Of a DNA stretch of 64,000 nucleotides, positions 49,894 through 60,915 are shown in pieces. The first letter of the stretch is position 1. Every line of letters starts with the position of its first letter. The translations under genes were made by a program, and so were the position numbers. The DNA comes from Torpedo marmorata (taxonomy: Eukaryota), in NCBI GenBank assembly GCA_977017645.1, contig OZ360223.1, positions 84,940,001 through 85,004,000 on the forward strand. The letters run 5' to 3'. The notes below the pieces were generated by a model. It did not search any database. It was given only the letters and a program-made list of their open reading frames with translations, and was not told the origin of the DNA.

Positions 49894-51608
49894 GGGTTTC
49901 AATGCATCTCTATCTTTCTTTGGTTTTATTGTAATTGATATTATTGAAATTGAAAGTGAAGTTATCAATATATCAATTGAAATTTGTTAAAATTGCTCTA
50001 GCGGTAACAAGGAAGTGTATAGCAGTAACTTGGAAATCAGACACAAATTTAGGTATGGAAAGATGGAATACAGAGATGCAGAGTTGTATTCCATTTTAAA
50101 AAATAACATATAATATGAGAAATAAATATGGGGTATTTTTACAAATTTGGCATCCATATATCCAGACATTTGGTATAAATATGTAAATGTGTTATTCCAA
50201 ATCCTAGACCTTATGCCAACTCTCTCAAATTTAAATATAAATAACAAAAACACTGTTGAAAACCTTGTGTCGAACTGTGGATTCCGAGGCGATCCAAATG
50301 GATGTCTTTTATAAGTAATATAATATTACTTTCTTTTTTCTTTTTCCTTCTTTCTTTTGTAGATTTTAAGAAGGGGAGGGAATTTAAGGGGAGGGAAGTA
50401 AAACACGAAAATCTGTAGACACTGCGGTTGAAGTAAAAAACACAAATGCTGGAGAAACTCAGCAGGTCAAACAGTGTCTTTTATGTAGCAAAGGTAGAAA
50501 TACATAACCGACGTTTCGGGCTTGAGCCCTTCATCAAAGTATGAGAAAATGCCGGCAGGCGTCCGAACAAAAGAGTGAGGGGGGGAAGGGAGGGTGGCAA
50601 AGGCAGGAGATGATAGGTGGAGAAAGGAGGGAGGGGACAGCAGTAAAGAAGGGGAGGAGGGATGGCTGGGTGGGTGGAAAAAACAGGAAGGACAGGTGAG
50701 GGGGGAGGGGAAGGAAAAGACAAGCAGGTTTAGTGGAAAGCAGAAAAGTCAATGTTAATGCCATCTGGCTGGAGAGTGCCCAGACGGAAAATGACATGTT
50801 GTTCCTCCAATTTGCGGGAAGTCTGGGTGGGATAGTACATAAGGCCACGGACAGACATGTGAATGTGGGAGTGTGACTCGGAATTGAAATGGCTGGCTAC
50901 TGGGAGGTCGCTGTTGTTGCGGACTGAGAGGAGGTGCTCAGCAAAACGATCTCCCAATCTACGACCGGTCTCTCTGATGTAAAGAAAGCCACAAAGGGAG
51001 CACCGGATGCAGTAAATAAGTTCTTTGGATGTACAAGTGAAGTGTAGTTTCACTTGAAAGGCCTGTTTGGGGCCGTGGTGAGGGGGGAGGTGTGGGCGCA
51101 GGTGTTGCACCTCCTGCAGGCACAGGGGAAGGTGCCGGGGGTGCGATGGGTGGGGAGGGATGAGTGCACGAGGGAATCACGGAGGGAGTGGTCCCTGCGG
51201 AAGGCCGAGAGGGGAGGAGAAGGAAAAATGTGTCTGGTGGTGGGATCCTGTAGTAAGTGCCAGAAATTCCAGCGGATAATGTGTTGGATGCGGAAGCTGG
51301 TGGGGTGGTAGGTGAGGATGAGGGGGATTCTATGTTTGTTGCATCTGGGGGCAGAGGGGACCAGGGCAGATGAGCGGGAAATGGAGGATATGCGGGTGAT
51401 GGAGTGGGTAGAGGGTGGGATTGGAAATATTAAGCAAAAATTTTAATTTAAACTGTTGAAAAATGTTATAAGGGTTTGGGGGGATAAGGGAAGGGGTAGA
51501 ATACACTGTAATGCAATATTATAAAAGATTTTTTGAAGTTAATCTATATTATTCATGTATGTATTACTGTGTAAAAATTTAAAATTTAAAATAAAATATT
51601 CCAAAAAA
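49894..51608 (+). mobile_element. L1 3' fragment nested in Gypsy
   Basis: IALAVTRKCIAVTWKSD; poly(A); TSD AAAGAATGATAT (49882-49893 / 51609-51620). Confidence 0.88.
50399..51402 (-). mobile_element. PLE 3' part (GIY-YIG + pLTR with hammerhead) nested in L1 UTR
   Basis: LIYCIRCSLCGFLYIRETGRRLGDRFAEH; TTGATGAAGGGCTCAAGCCCGAAACGTC on the minus strand at 50510-50537. Confidence 0.92.
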
Positions 51609-52910
51609 AAAGAATGATATTATTAGATGTTCTACCTCTATTTGGAGTTCACCTTGCGTCCTGGTGCCAAAATCAGATGAGACGGTTAGATTTTGCACTG
51701 ATTATCGGAAAGTTAATGCGGTAACAAAGACAGATGCTTATCCTATCCCTAGGGTGGATGATTGAGTGGACAAGGTTGGAAAGGCTAAGTTTCTTACAGA
51801 GATGGACTTATTAAAAGGTTACTGGTGTGTTCCCTTAACAGAGAGAGGTAGGGAAATTTCTGCATTTGTGACCTCGTCAGGGTTATATGAATATAGTTTC
51901 TTTCCATTTGGAATGAAGAATGCTCCAAGGATATTCCAAAGAATTATTAATTCTGTAACTCAAGGTTTAGAGCATATGGATGCTTATATTGATGATTTGG
52001 TTACAGGGATGACACATGGGAAGCACATATCTCAGAGTTAGAGAAATTATTTGACAAACTTTCAAAAGCAAACCTTACTGTGAATTTAGCTAAAAGTGAA
52101 TTTGGCCATGCTACTGTGACTTATCTTGGTTATGTTGTTGGTCAGGGCAAGTTGGCGCCTGTTCAGGCGAAAGTTCAGAGGATTTCTTAGTTTCCCATAC
52201 CCACAGGTAAGAAAGCTATTAGGAATTTTTTGAGAATGGTTGGGTATTACAGAAAGTTCTGTAAAAACTTTGCTGATATAGCCCTTCCTTTGACAAACCT
52301 TTTGAAGAAGGGTGAAAAGTTTGTTTGGACAGAACTTTGTCAGGAGGCACTTGATAAACTGAAAGCCATTTTATGTCACCAACCTCTGCTTAAGTCACCT
52401 GACTTTGAGAAGCCATTTTCTTTATCAGTAGATGCTAGTGATGAAGCTACAGGAGCAGTGCTATTACAAAGGAATGGTTGTGATGATATTGACCATCCAG
52501 TGGCTTACTTCTCCAAGAAATTCAATAAACATCAAAAGAATTATTCTACTATAGAGAAAGAATTATTGGTCCTTGTACTGGCTTTGCAGCATTTCGAGGT
52601 TTACATCTGCACAGCTCAGGGACCACTTGTTGTGTATACTGACCATAATCCCTTGGTGTTCTTGAGTAAAATGAAAAACAAAAATAGACAATTGTTAAAT
52701 TGGAGTCTAATTCTACAGGAATATGATTTAATGATAACTCATATTAAAAGCAAAGATAATGTAATTGCTGATTGCCTTTCAAGATGTTAAGTTTGCAACA
52801 TTACTGAAAAATGTTATATTTTTCTGTATTATGTAATGTAAATAGTGAATGTATTATTTATGAAATTGTAGTTTGCAGTTAAAATTTTGCTCTTACAGCT
52901 CAAAATTTCT

Positions 52911-52924
52911 TTGTTGGTGGGAGG
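52911..52924 (+). promoter_or_regulatory. Polypurine tract of Gypsy element
   Basis: TTGTTGGTGGGAGG directly before the 3' LTR. Confidence 0.7.
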
Positions 52925-53819
52925 TATTACATGCTCCCATTTTCAGTTCATTTTCATTTGAGTGGGACTGCCACTTTAAGAGAACAAATCAAGCTGCAAG
53001 CCCTGCAAGATTATGGGAGATTGACTGTGAGCTGGCAGGCTGGGGTCAGCGTGTACTAAAATTCGCTATATCTGAAGAGAGAGGAAGTGGCACTGGAAAA
53101 TACAGGTGCAGAGACCATGTGACCAACATGTTCAAGAAACAGTACTCGGTTTGTTAAGGTGCTGTCTTAAGGAGACAACCCTTTACTGTGGGATACCGTG
53201 CTGAAGGGCCTCGTGTGGTAATAGACAATTTGTCTGATTTCTCCATGTTATAGGGGAATGAGTATACCACTCCATGACCAAAAGGGAAGGTCACTTTGAA
53301 CGGCTGACCCATGAAAGGGTTCTGGAAGCAGAAGAAATACTGCAATTTGACTGACCCACAAAAGGGTTTTGGAAGCTTAGTGAGAATCACTCGCTTCGTG
53401 TCCCCTACGCAAATAAAAGGGGAGTTTTGATTGCCACTCGTCTGAAAAGGACATTTCTCTGGAAGCCTCAACAAGGATTTTGTGAGTTTATGACAGTCTG
53501 ACACCCCGGTCTCTCCCCCCTTACTTCGTGAACTTCTTTGCATCCATTTAAAGCCTGCGTGTCAACATTGGATTTTCTGAGACTGAACTTTGAACTGCCT
53601 TTCGAGAATTGTGCCTGAGCTGTAGTGGCTTGGGGTATTCCACACACACACACACACATAAGTATATTCGCGCATAGTTGGGGGTTAAGTAGATAAGTTC
53701 AGATAAGTTTAGATAAATTAGATAAGGTGTTATATTATTGTTAATTAATAATTAAAAATATTATTTTAAATATAACACTGTCTGGGCTCATTTCTATTGC
53801 TGCTGTCTGGTACGTAACA
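52925..53819 (+). repeat. 3' LTR
   Basis: TATTAC...GTAACA. Confidence 0.93.
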
Positions 53820-53894
53820 ACAGTTTAGAAGGTGCAAACAAAAGTGGTGTACAATAGGACACACTGTCCTCTTGTGGCTTCTAAGTTTCTGAAG

Positions 53895-54150
53895 CAGCCA
53901 TTTTCAGTGGGGGCCATACAACCACCCCACCACCCCCCCCCCCAACCCCTGATCCCAGGGACCACAGCACATTTAAGAGGGAGTGATCGACTGAAACCAT
54001 AAAATAGTTTTTATTTTTTTTATGTAGTTGGTAGGAGAGAAGTACGGAAGAAACCAACTAAACTTGACTGCTTCACAGGGAAATAGGCCCATAAACTTTG
54101 AGCAGAGTCCTAAGGGGGCCATAGGCAAAAAAAAAGGTTAAGAATGGCTG
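53895..54150. mobile_element. hAT MITE (same family as 20463-20712)
   Basis: CAGCCATTTTCA / TAAGAATGGCTG ends; TSD TTCTGAAG / GTCTAAAG. Confidence 0.75.
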
Positions 54151-54442
54151 GTCTAAAGCTTAAGATTGTCTTGCATTGAAAATGGAAACAGGTGGAAATA
54201 CTCAGCCACTCAGACAGCATCTGAGGAGAAAGAAACAGCGTTAATGTTTGATGAGTTGATTTTCTGTTTGTGAGCATCCTATGAGCACATGGATATCACT
54301 TCATGGAAGAAAGCCATTTGGCTCAAATGGTCCATGCTAGCATTTACCATCTGTGGCAGTAACTAGTCCTTTCTACCTGCCTCACAGGCAATGCAGTAGC
54401 TAGTGGAAATGCTGTGCTACTCTGCTATTTTACCTCTCCAGT

Positions 54443-55605
54443 AACCATATAACAATTTCAGCATAGAAACAGGCCAGTTCGGCCCTTCTAGTCCTGCCAA
54501 ACATCTTCTCCCACCTAGTCCCACTGACCCGCACCCGGCCCATAACCCTCCACACCTCTCTCATCCATATACTTATCCAACTTTTCCTTAAACATTAAAA
54601 TTGAACCTGCATCTACCACTTCGGCCGGAAGCTCGTTCCACTCTCCCATCACCCTCTGAGTGAAGAAATTCCCCCTCATGTTTCCTCTAAACTTTTACCC
54701 CTTCAATCTCAATCCATGCCCTCTTGTTTGAATCTTTCCCACTCTCAATGGAAAAAGCCTGTCCACATTGACTCTATCTTTCCCCTTCATAATTTTAAAT
54801 ACCTCTATCAAACCACCCCTCAACCTTCTACGCTCCAGGGAATAAAGTCCCAGCCTGTTCAACCTTTCCCTGTAACTCAAACCTAGAAACCCAGGAAACA
54901 TTCTTGTAAATCTCCTTTGCACTCCCTCTATTCTGTTTATATCCTTCCTATAATTCGGCGACCAAAACTGCGCACAATATTCCAAATTTGGCCTTACCAA
55001 TGCCTTATACAACTTCAACATGACATCCTAACTCCTATATTCAATACTCTGATTTATGAAGGCCAACATACCAAATGCTTTCTTCACCACCCTATCTACG
55101 TGTGACTCAACTTTCAGGGAATTATGTACCAGAATTCCTAAATCCCTCTGTTCTACTGCACTTCTCAATTGTCTTCCATTTAACATGTATGACCTTTGCT
55201 GATTAATCCTACCAAAATGTAGCACCTCACATTTATCAGTATTAAACACCATCTGCCATGTTTCCGCCCACTCTTCTAACTGTTCTATATCCCCCTGCAA
55301 GCTTTGATATCCCTCTTCACTGTCCACAACACCACAAATCTTCGTATCATCTGCACACTTACTAATCCAATTTACCACCCTATCATCTAGATCATTAATA
55401 TATATGATAAACAACAATGGACCCAGTACCGATCCCTGAGGCACTCCACTAGTCACCGGCCTCCAATTTGACAAACAATTTTCCACTTCTACTCTCTGGC
55501 ATCTCCTATCCAACCATTATTGAATCCATTTCACTACTTCGTCATTAATACCTAATGCTTTAACCTTCCTAACGAGCCTCTTATGCGGAACCTTGTCAAA
55601 TGCCT
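54443..55605 (-). mobile_element. CR1 LINE 3' part
   Basis: KAFDKVPH, SGVPQGSVLGP, (F)[26 protein letters not shown]. Confidence 0.93.
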
Positions 55606-55614
55606 TACCTAGCA

Positions 55615-55790
55615 TCAATCTGCCCTGCAGTGTTGTCTCTGTGGAGTTCGCATGTTTTCCCTGTGACCACACGGAATTCTTTCTTCCCTCATCCCAAAAA
55701 TATGTGAGCTGGTAGATTAATTGGCTCCTGAAAATTGCCCCTCGCGTGTTGGTGAATGATAGTCTGGGAGCAAGAGGTCTGAATAGAAGG
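55615..55790 (+). mobile_element. Degenerate V-SINE
   Basis: TGTGGAGTTCGCATGTTTTCCCTGTGACC. Confidence 0.55.
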
Positions 55791-55820
55791 TTCCTTTGAG
55801 ATTTCATGACCTTGCCCCCA

Positions 55821-56027
55821 NNNNNNNNNNNNNNNNNNNNNNNNNNNNNNNNNNNNNNNNNNNNNNNNNNNNNNNNNNNNNNNNNNNNNNNNNNNNNNNN
55901 NNNNNNNNNNNNNNNNNNNNNNNNNNNNNNNNNNNNNNNNNNNNNNNNNNNNNNNNNNNNNNNNNNNNNNNNNNNNNNNNNNNNNNNNNNNNNNNNNNNN
56001 NNNNNNNNNNNNNNNNNNNNNNNNNNN
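55821..56027. other. Assembly gap (207 N)
   Basis: Run of N. Confidence 1.
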
Positions 56028-59000
56028 CAGATAAAATGAGCACATCGTGTTTTCTTTGACATTTTTACTCAGTTCCTGGAGTAGCATGAAGAGGCAGGGT
56101 GATTAATAGTTCTAATAAGACTGCACTATTACCTTGTTCACCGCATGCTGGGACTGTAATCAAATCAATTATTTTATAGCAATTCATTGATCTTCACCTC
56201 ACAGAAAATCTCAATCGAATTCACTGCCTCTGTCTTGGTCTTATGGTGTGATCACAGGATGCAGGGATAGAAATTAGTTTTGAATCTCGTCTCTGTGATA
56301 AATATTTAATTGAATTAGAGATCACTGACACTTCCCTGCCATCATCTACCACTTTGGGATGAGATGAGGGTTAATTAATGGTGATTTAGTAATCATGGCA
56401 AAAGACAAATAAACTAAGAGAATGCAGGGAGTTGCATTAATAATGGGTTTGCAAATTGGAATCTAAATGGAAATTGTACAAGCTGCCACAATTTACACTC
56501 CAAGAGAGTTTCCTCAGGCTAGGTTTTCACCCCAGGCTCATTGGCTTTAAGTTCCCACTTGCTACAAGCAAATGACACAAGCTTTTATGCCTGTTTAAGA
56601 TAAATGGAAAAATAACTTTAAGCCGGTGAATAAGTGTTCGGGGGAATTGTTGCAAGATTGGCTTCAGATTCTGTATTATTTGACTAGAGGGTACATACAT
56701 CAGGAAGATGATGAATAAACTGATCTAGCCAGCTATAATCCATATTGTTTGATTTGAATTCACCCTTCAAATTATTATTCTTGTTTTACAACTTTCTGTG
56801 CTCAGTAACACACTGCTTGCCACCCTCCAGCCCAAAGCTTCCTTCTACAGTGCACACTGTGTGGTTCTCTTGAGTTAGTGGATGAGGATCAGATCAAGTG
56901 ATGGGATAGCTTCTCCATTGTTCTCCTCTTCCTCAATGATCACCAACTGGCCAGATCGGAACTTCTCGGCTGTTTGAACAGACCAGAAGGTTGTTGATTA
57001 TGAAGAGTTAGAGGTGGAACACATTATCAGTAAGGATCTTCAACTTGCAGATTAGGAGAGATTGAGGGTGAGCAGGAAGTGAGATTGCATGGTGGGTTGG
57101 ATGTGGGTGCAGTGTCATCTTCAATGGTCTCACTGGCTAACATCATCCCCTTCTGGCCAGTGAACTCTTACACTACCTAGTCCCCTTACAAACTGCTGTT
57201 GCTGCCATTGGCTATACAGTAAGAGAGAGTGGAGAGAGTCAGTGGTTGTCTCGCAGTGTGTTTGTGTAATATGTCTAAATAGTTGAATAGTTATGAAGTT
57301 ATGTGAGCCATGAGATGTCAGTGAATTGTTTGAAACATTGATCATTGGGTATGGAGGGATGCAGTGGGAGAAATGAATGTTAAAGAGAAGGCCTCATTTA
57401 TATAGCTTGTTGGCAGGTGAGTGATGACATGTCGAATAGGAACCAGACTTCCAGGGCTTTTTAATTTAGTCCCCAATAGGTTGTTACCAAATACAAAATA
57501 GACTCATACTGCCTTTCCTTTGAGCAGAATAGAAATGAGAAGGAATGATACATTTGTATTTTTTTCTTTGGGGGATGAAAATGTTTCTCTCCTTTGCAAT
57601 TTGTTAAACTTTGAAGGTAGTTCTCCAGAGGAAAAAAAACATTAGAGTCTGGGGCTGTTTTTATGTCTTTTGTACTTTGCTCATTGCTGTGAAAGATATC
57701 CAAAAATAGAATATTTCCTTTTTTTTCTCAGACTTTGAGCAGCCAGTATCCTGCAGAAGCACACAGTTCATCATTGCAGTTCGAAACTCGAGCAGAACCT
57801 ACAGCACTTGTCAAATGTGCTGAAGTTCTTCAAGTTCTTTTCTCTACTGCTATTTTGATGCAAGCCAATTCTTTGGCAAAGCATCAATTCAAGACATTCT
57901 GTCTTTGAATTATTCATCATTTGTGGCAATATTCTATCACCAAGTATTTCCCTTGATAATCTAGAGTTTAATTTTTAATTCACTTTGTGCTTCACAGATG
58001 TGAATTGCCCTCATGATGTCTGCTCCATAGACCTCGCTCAATGGTTCAACAAAGTCCATCGAAAAATATCCATAGAGTGTTCAAATGTTTGCATTTCTTG
58101 AACAAATGCTCAAGATTCAAAATTTTGTTAATGTCATTTAGTAGCACGGAACATGTAATATTACATAAAATTGCCTTCTGCCTGCCGTAAGGCAGACAAA
58201 GAGTTGCCATTAGTGTCGCCCGGCGCCCCTTACAGTACGAGAGAAAGAGAAGCAAAAGAGAGTCCCTTCAGATTCATTGAGTGTCCGTGATTTTGCCTCC
58301 AGAGTTTCCGCAGCCTCTACAGCCGCATAGAATCCTGTTCGATCTATCGGCAGCCCGAGCTCCTGATCCAAACCTCTGACACAATCAGGAAGCCTTCAGC
58401 ACCTGAGGCCCTTCGGGAGCCCTTCTTGCCCTCAACACATTCTCTAATCCTGGTTCCATGAGCAAGTCTCCAGCAGCCCGCAGCCCATATGGGTCCCCCG
58501 ATCGCAAATTGCCAACAGCCCGCAAACTCCAGAATAAGAACCAGAACATTTTATCTGGTCCATGGACTTTCCCACTAATCAAGAAGAATTGAAATTTGTT
58601 TTTAGGAAAGGAAACACTGGATTATTTCTCTTGTCCACAGTTCCTAAGCCTTCCTTTCAAATGCTTTAGCGAAGATCTGGGCATTAAAAACCAGAATGGA
58701 ATGGTGCCAATATTTTTACCATTATTTTCTTGTATCTTTTAATGTTAACTTTGCTAGGGCTTGCCTCCATGGTAACATTCAAGACTATACTGAGGCTTGT
58801 ATCTTCCCTCAATAAATAGCCAATAAATAACTAATAAATAATGAGGAGCAGAATGTTGAAACCTTCAACCAAATTATAGCATACCTTTCCCTGTCATGTA
58901 CAGGGGAAATTCATGAATGACAACAATTTCAGTACTTTAAGATTAATCCAAGGAAATCCTGATGTCAGATAACACAGAGATCATACATATGTGTTCCAAT

Positions 59001-59428
59001 GTACAGCTATTTGAACTTCACATAGGCAGTTTTGCCCTGATCTCTAACAGGTGAGAACTACAGGAAAATTGGTATGCATGAGAAGGGTGGGCTTGCATAC
59101 GTGTTTTGCATGGTTGAATAGCTGAACCATGGAATTGTTTACAGCATAAGCATGTGCCAGGATTGACAAGTGCCAGCTAAGTAAGTTTGCCATTTTATCA
59201 GGTGTCAACCTAGCCATTTCCTCAGTGCTGCCCACGTGTCAGCCCAATGGTTCCCTTAGTGTTGTCAATGTGTTGTCCCAGGCATTCCCTTGCTCCTGTC
59301 CAGATGTTTGCCTGGGCCCTCCCTCAGTGCAGACTTGATGTCGGTCCTGTCTCTCCCTGTCACAATATCCTTGCAAGTGCTCCTTTAGCCCTGGTTTTAT
59401 CGTCAGCCTGCCGGCTTCTTCATCTCTA

Positions 59429-59833
59429 TTCAGAATTTGAATTTATTGACATGAACAAGTCATGAAATTCAGTGTTTTGCGGCAGCATCATAGTGCAAAC
59501 ATTAATATTATAACCATCTTACGATATTACTATTAAAAAAATATATATAAATGTGCACGAAAAGTAAGGCAGTGTCTTTGGTTCATTGATTATTCAGGAA
59601 TCTGATGGCAGCGGGGAAGAAGCTGTCCTTGTGCCGTTGAGTGTTTGACTTTAGGCTCCTGTACCTTTTTCCCGATGGTAGCAGAGTGAAGAAGGCATGG
59701 CCTGGGTGGTGGGGGTCTTTGAGGACAGAGGCTGCTTTTTAAGACACCACCTCGTGTAGGTGTCCTCGATGGAGTGAAGTCTGGTGCCTGTGATGTCACA
59801 GGCCGAGTTAACAACCCTCTGGAGTTTATTCTT
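59429..59833 (-). mobile_element. Rex1/Babar 3' fragment
   Basis: KNKLQRVVNSACDITGTRLHSIED; 3' UTR. Confidence 0.9.
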
Positions 59834-60430
59834 AACCATATAACCATATAAAAATTACAGCACGGAAACAGGCCATTAGGCCCTTCTAGTCCGCACCGAA
59901 CCAAACATTCCTATCTAGTCCCACCTACCTGCACGCTGCCCATAACCCTCCACTTCCTTCTCATCCATATACTTGTCCAACTTTTTCTTAAATAATAAAA
60001 TTGACTCTGCTGCCACTAAATCTCCCGGAAGCTCATTCCACACCGCTACCACTCTCTGAGTAAAGAAGTTCCCCCTCATGTTACCTCTAAACCTCTGCCC
60101 CTTAACTCTTAACTCATGTCCTCTTGTTTCAATCTCTCCTACTCTTAACGGAAATAGTCTATCCACATCCACTCTGTCTATCCCTTTCATAATCTTAAAA
60201 CCTCTATCAAATCCCCTCTCAACCTTCTACGCTCCAAAGAATAAAGACCTAATCTGCTCAATCTCTCCTTGTACTCTAGATGCTTAAACCCAGGTAACAT
60301 TCTGGTAAATCTTCTCTGCACTCTCTCCACTCTGTTGATATCCTTCCTATAATTTGGCGACCAGAACTGCACACAGAACTCTAAATTAGGCCGCACCAAC
60401 GCCTTATATAATCTCAACATCACTTCAATC
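59834..60430 (-). mobile_element. CR1 LINE 3' part, abutting the ERV LTR
   Basis: [33 protein letters not shown]; AACCATAT repeat tail. Confidence 0.93.
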
Positions 60431-60898
60431 TGTGGAGGAAAATCTACTAGTCACAGAATTTACCCAGGCAGAGACGTTCAGGGTAGAGCTTCAAGAGACT
60501 TTAATCATGACAATGTCACGGAGATCTTGCCCAGTCCGCACTGAGTCAATGCTCTGCTTTCTGCTTAATCTTGTCTGCTTATATGCAGTGCAGTAAACAG
60601 CTTTTTACAATGAAGCAGTCATGGGCTACACAAGGTTTCAATAATTCCATCGATTAAACATTTAGAACTTCATTCTATCTTCTAAACACACATAGTTCTG
60701 TCTCTTGATGATAACACCCAGCTTGCAGTAAAGTTGATAAGGAAAAAAGGGAGTTACTGTTTCATGTCCTGTTACATCCTTCAAGACCTTGAAAGCTTTC
60801 CGGTCCCTTTGAGTTCATCCAAGACCTTGAAGGCTTTCCGGCCCCTATGAGTATGCTTATTAACCCATTGAGGTCGGAGTAACATTTTTCCTTCTACA
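60431..60898 (-). repeat. ERV 3' LTR (468 bp)
   Basis: Minus strand TGTAGAAGGAAAA...TTTTCCTCCACA; CATATAAG TATA-like box at ~60577-60584; ATTAAA at 60500-60505. Confidence 0.82.
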
Positions 60899-60911
60899 AA
60901 TCCCTCCTTGT
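60899..60911 (-). promoter_or_regulatory. ERV polypurine tract
   Basis: ACAAGGAGGGATT between the env stop and the LTR. Confidence 0.75.
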
Positions 60912-60915
60912 GGAT

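Larger units (their letters stand above)
49796..52790 (+). pseudogene. Gypsy RT/RNase H (also 46301-46550; split by L1/PLE at 49894-51608)
   Basis: WSSPCVLVPK, RFCTDYRKVN, DLLKGYW, PFGMKNAP, YIDD, DASD, NYSTIEKE, TDHNPL, ADCLSR then stop. Confidence 0.9.
43661..53819 (+). mobile_element. Gmr1-like Gypsy LTR retrotransposon (gag-IN-RT-RH order), internally deleted, with nested insertions
   Basis: Two ~0.9-kb LTRs, TSD ACAG (43657-43660 / 53820-53823), PBS, PPT; integrase tail lies upstream of RT. Confidence 0.92.

Noticed and set aside
55517-56087. ORFs spanning the N run
   Set aside because: Artefacts of the assembly gap.
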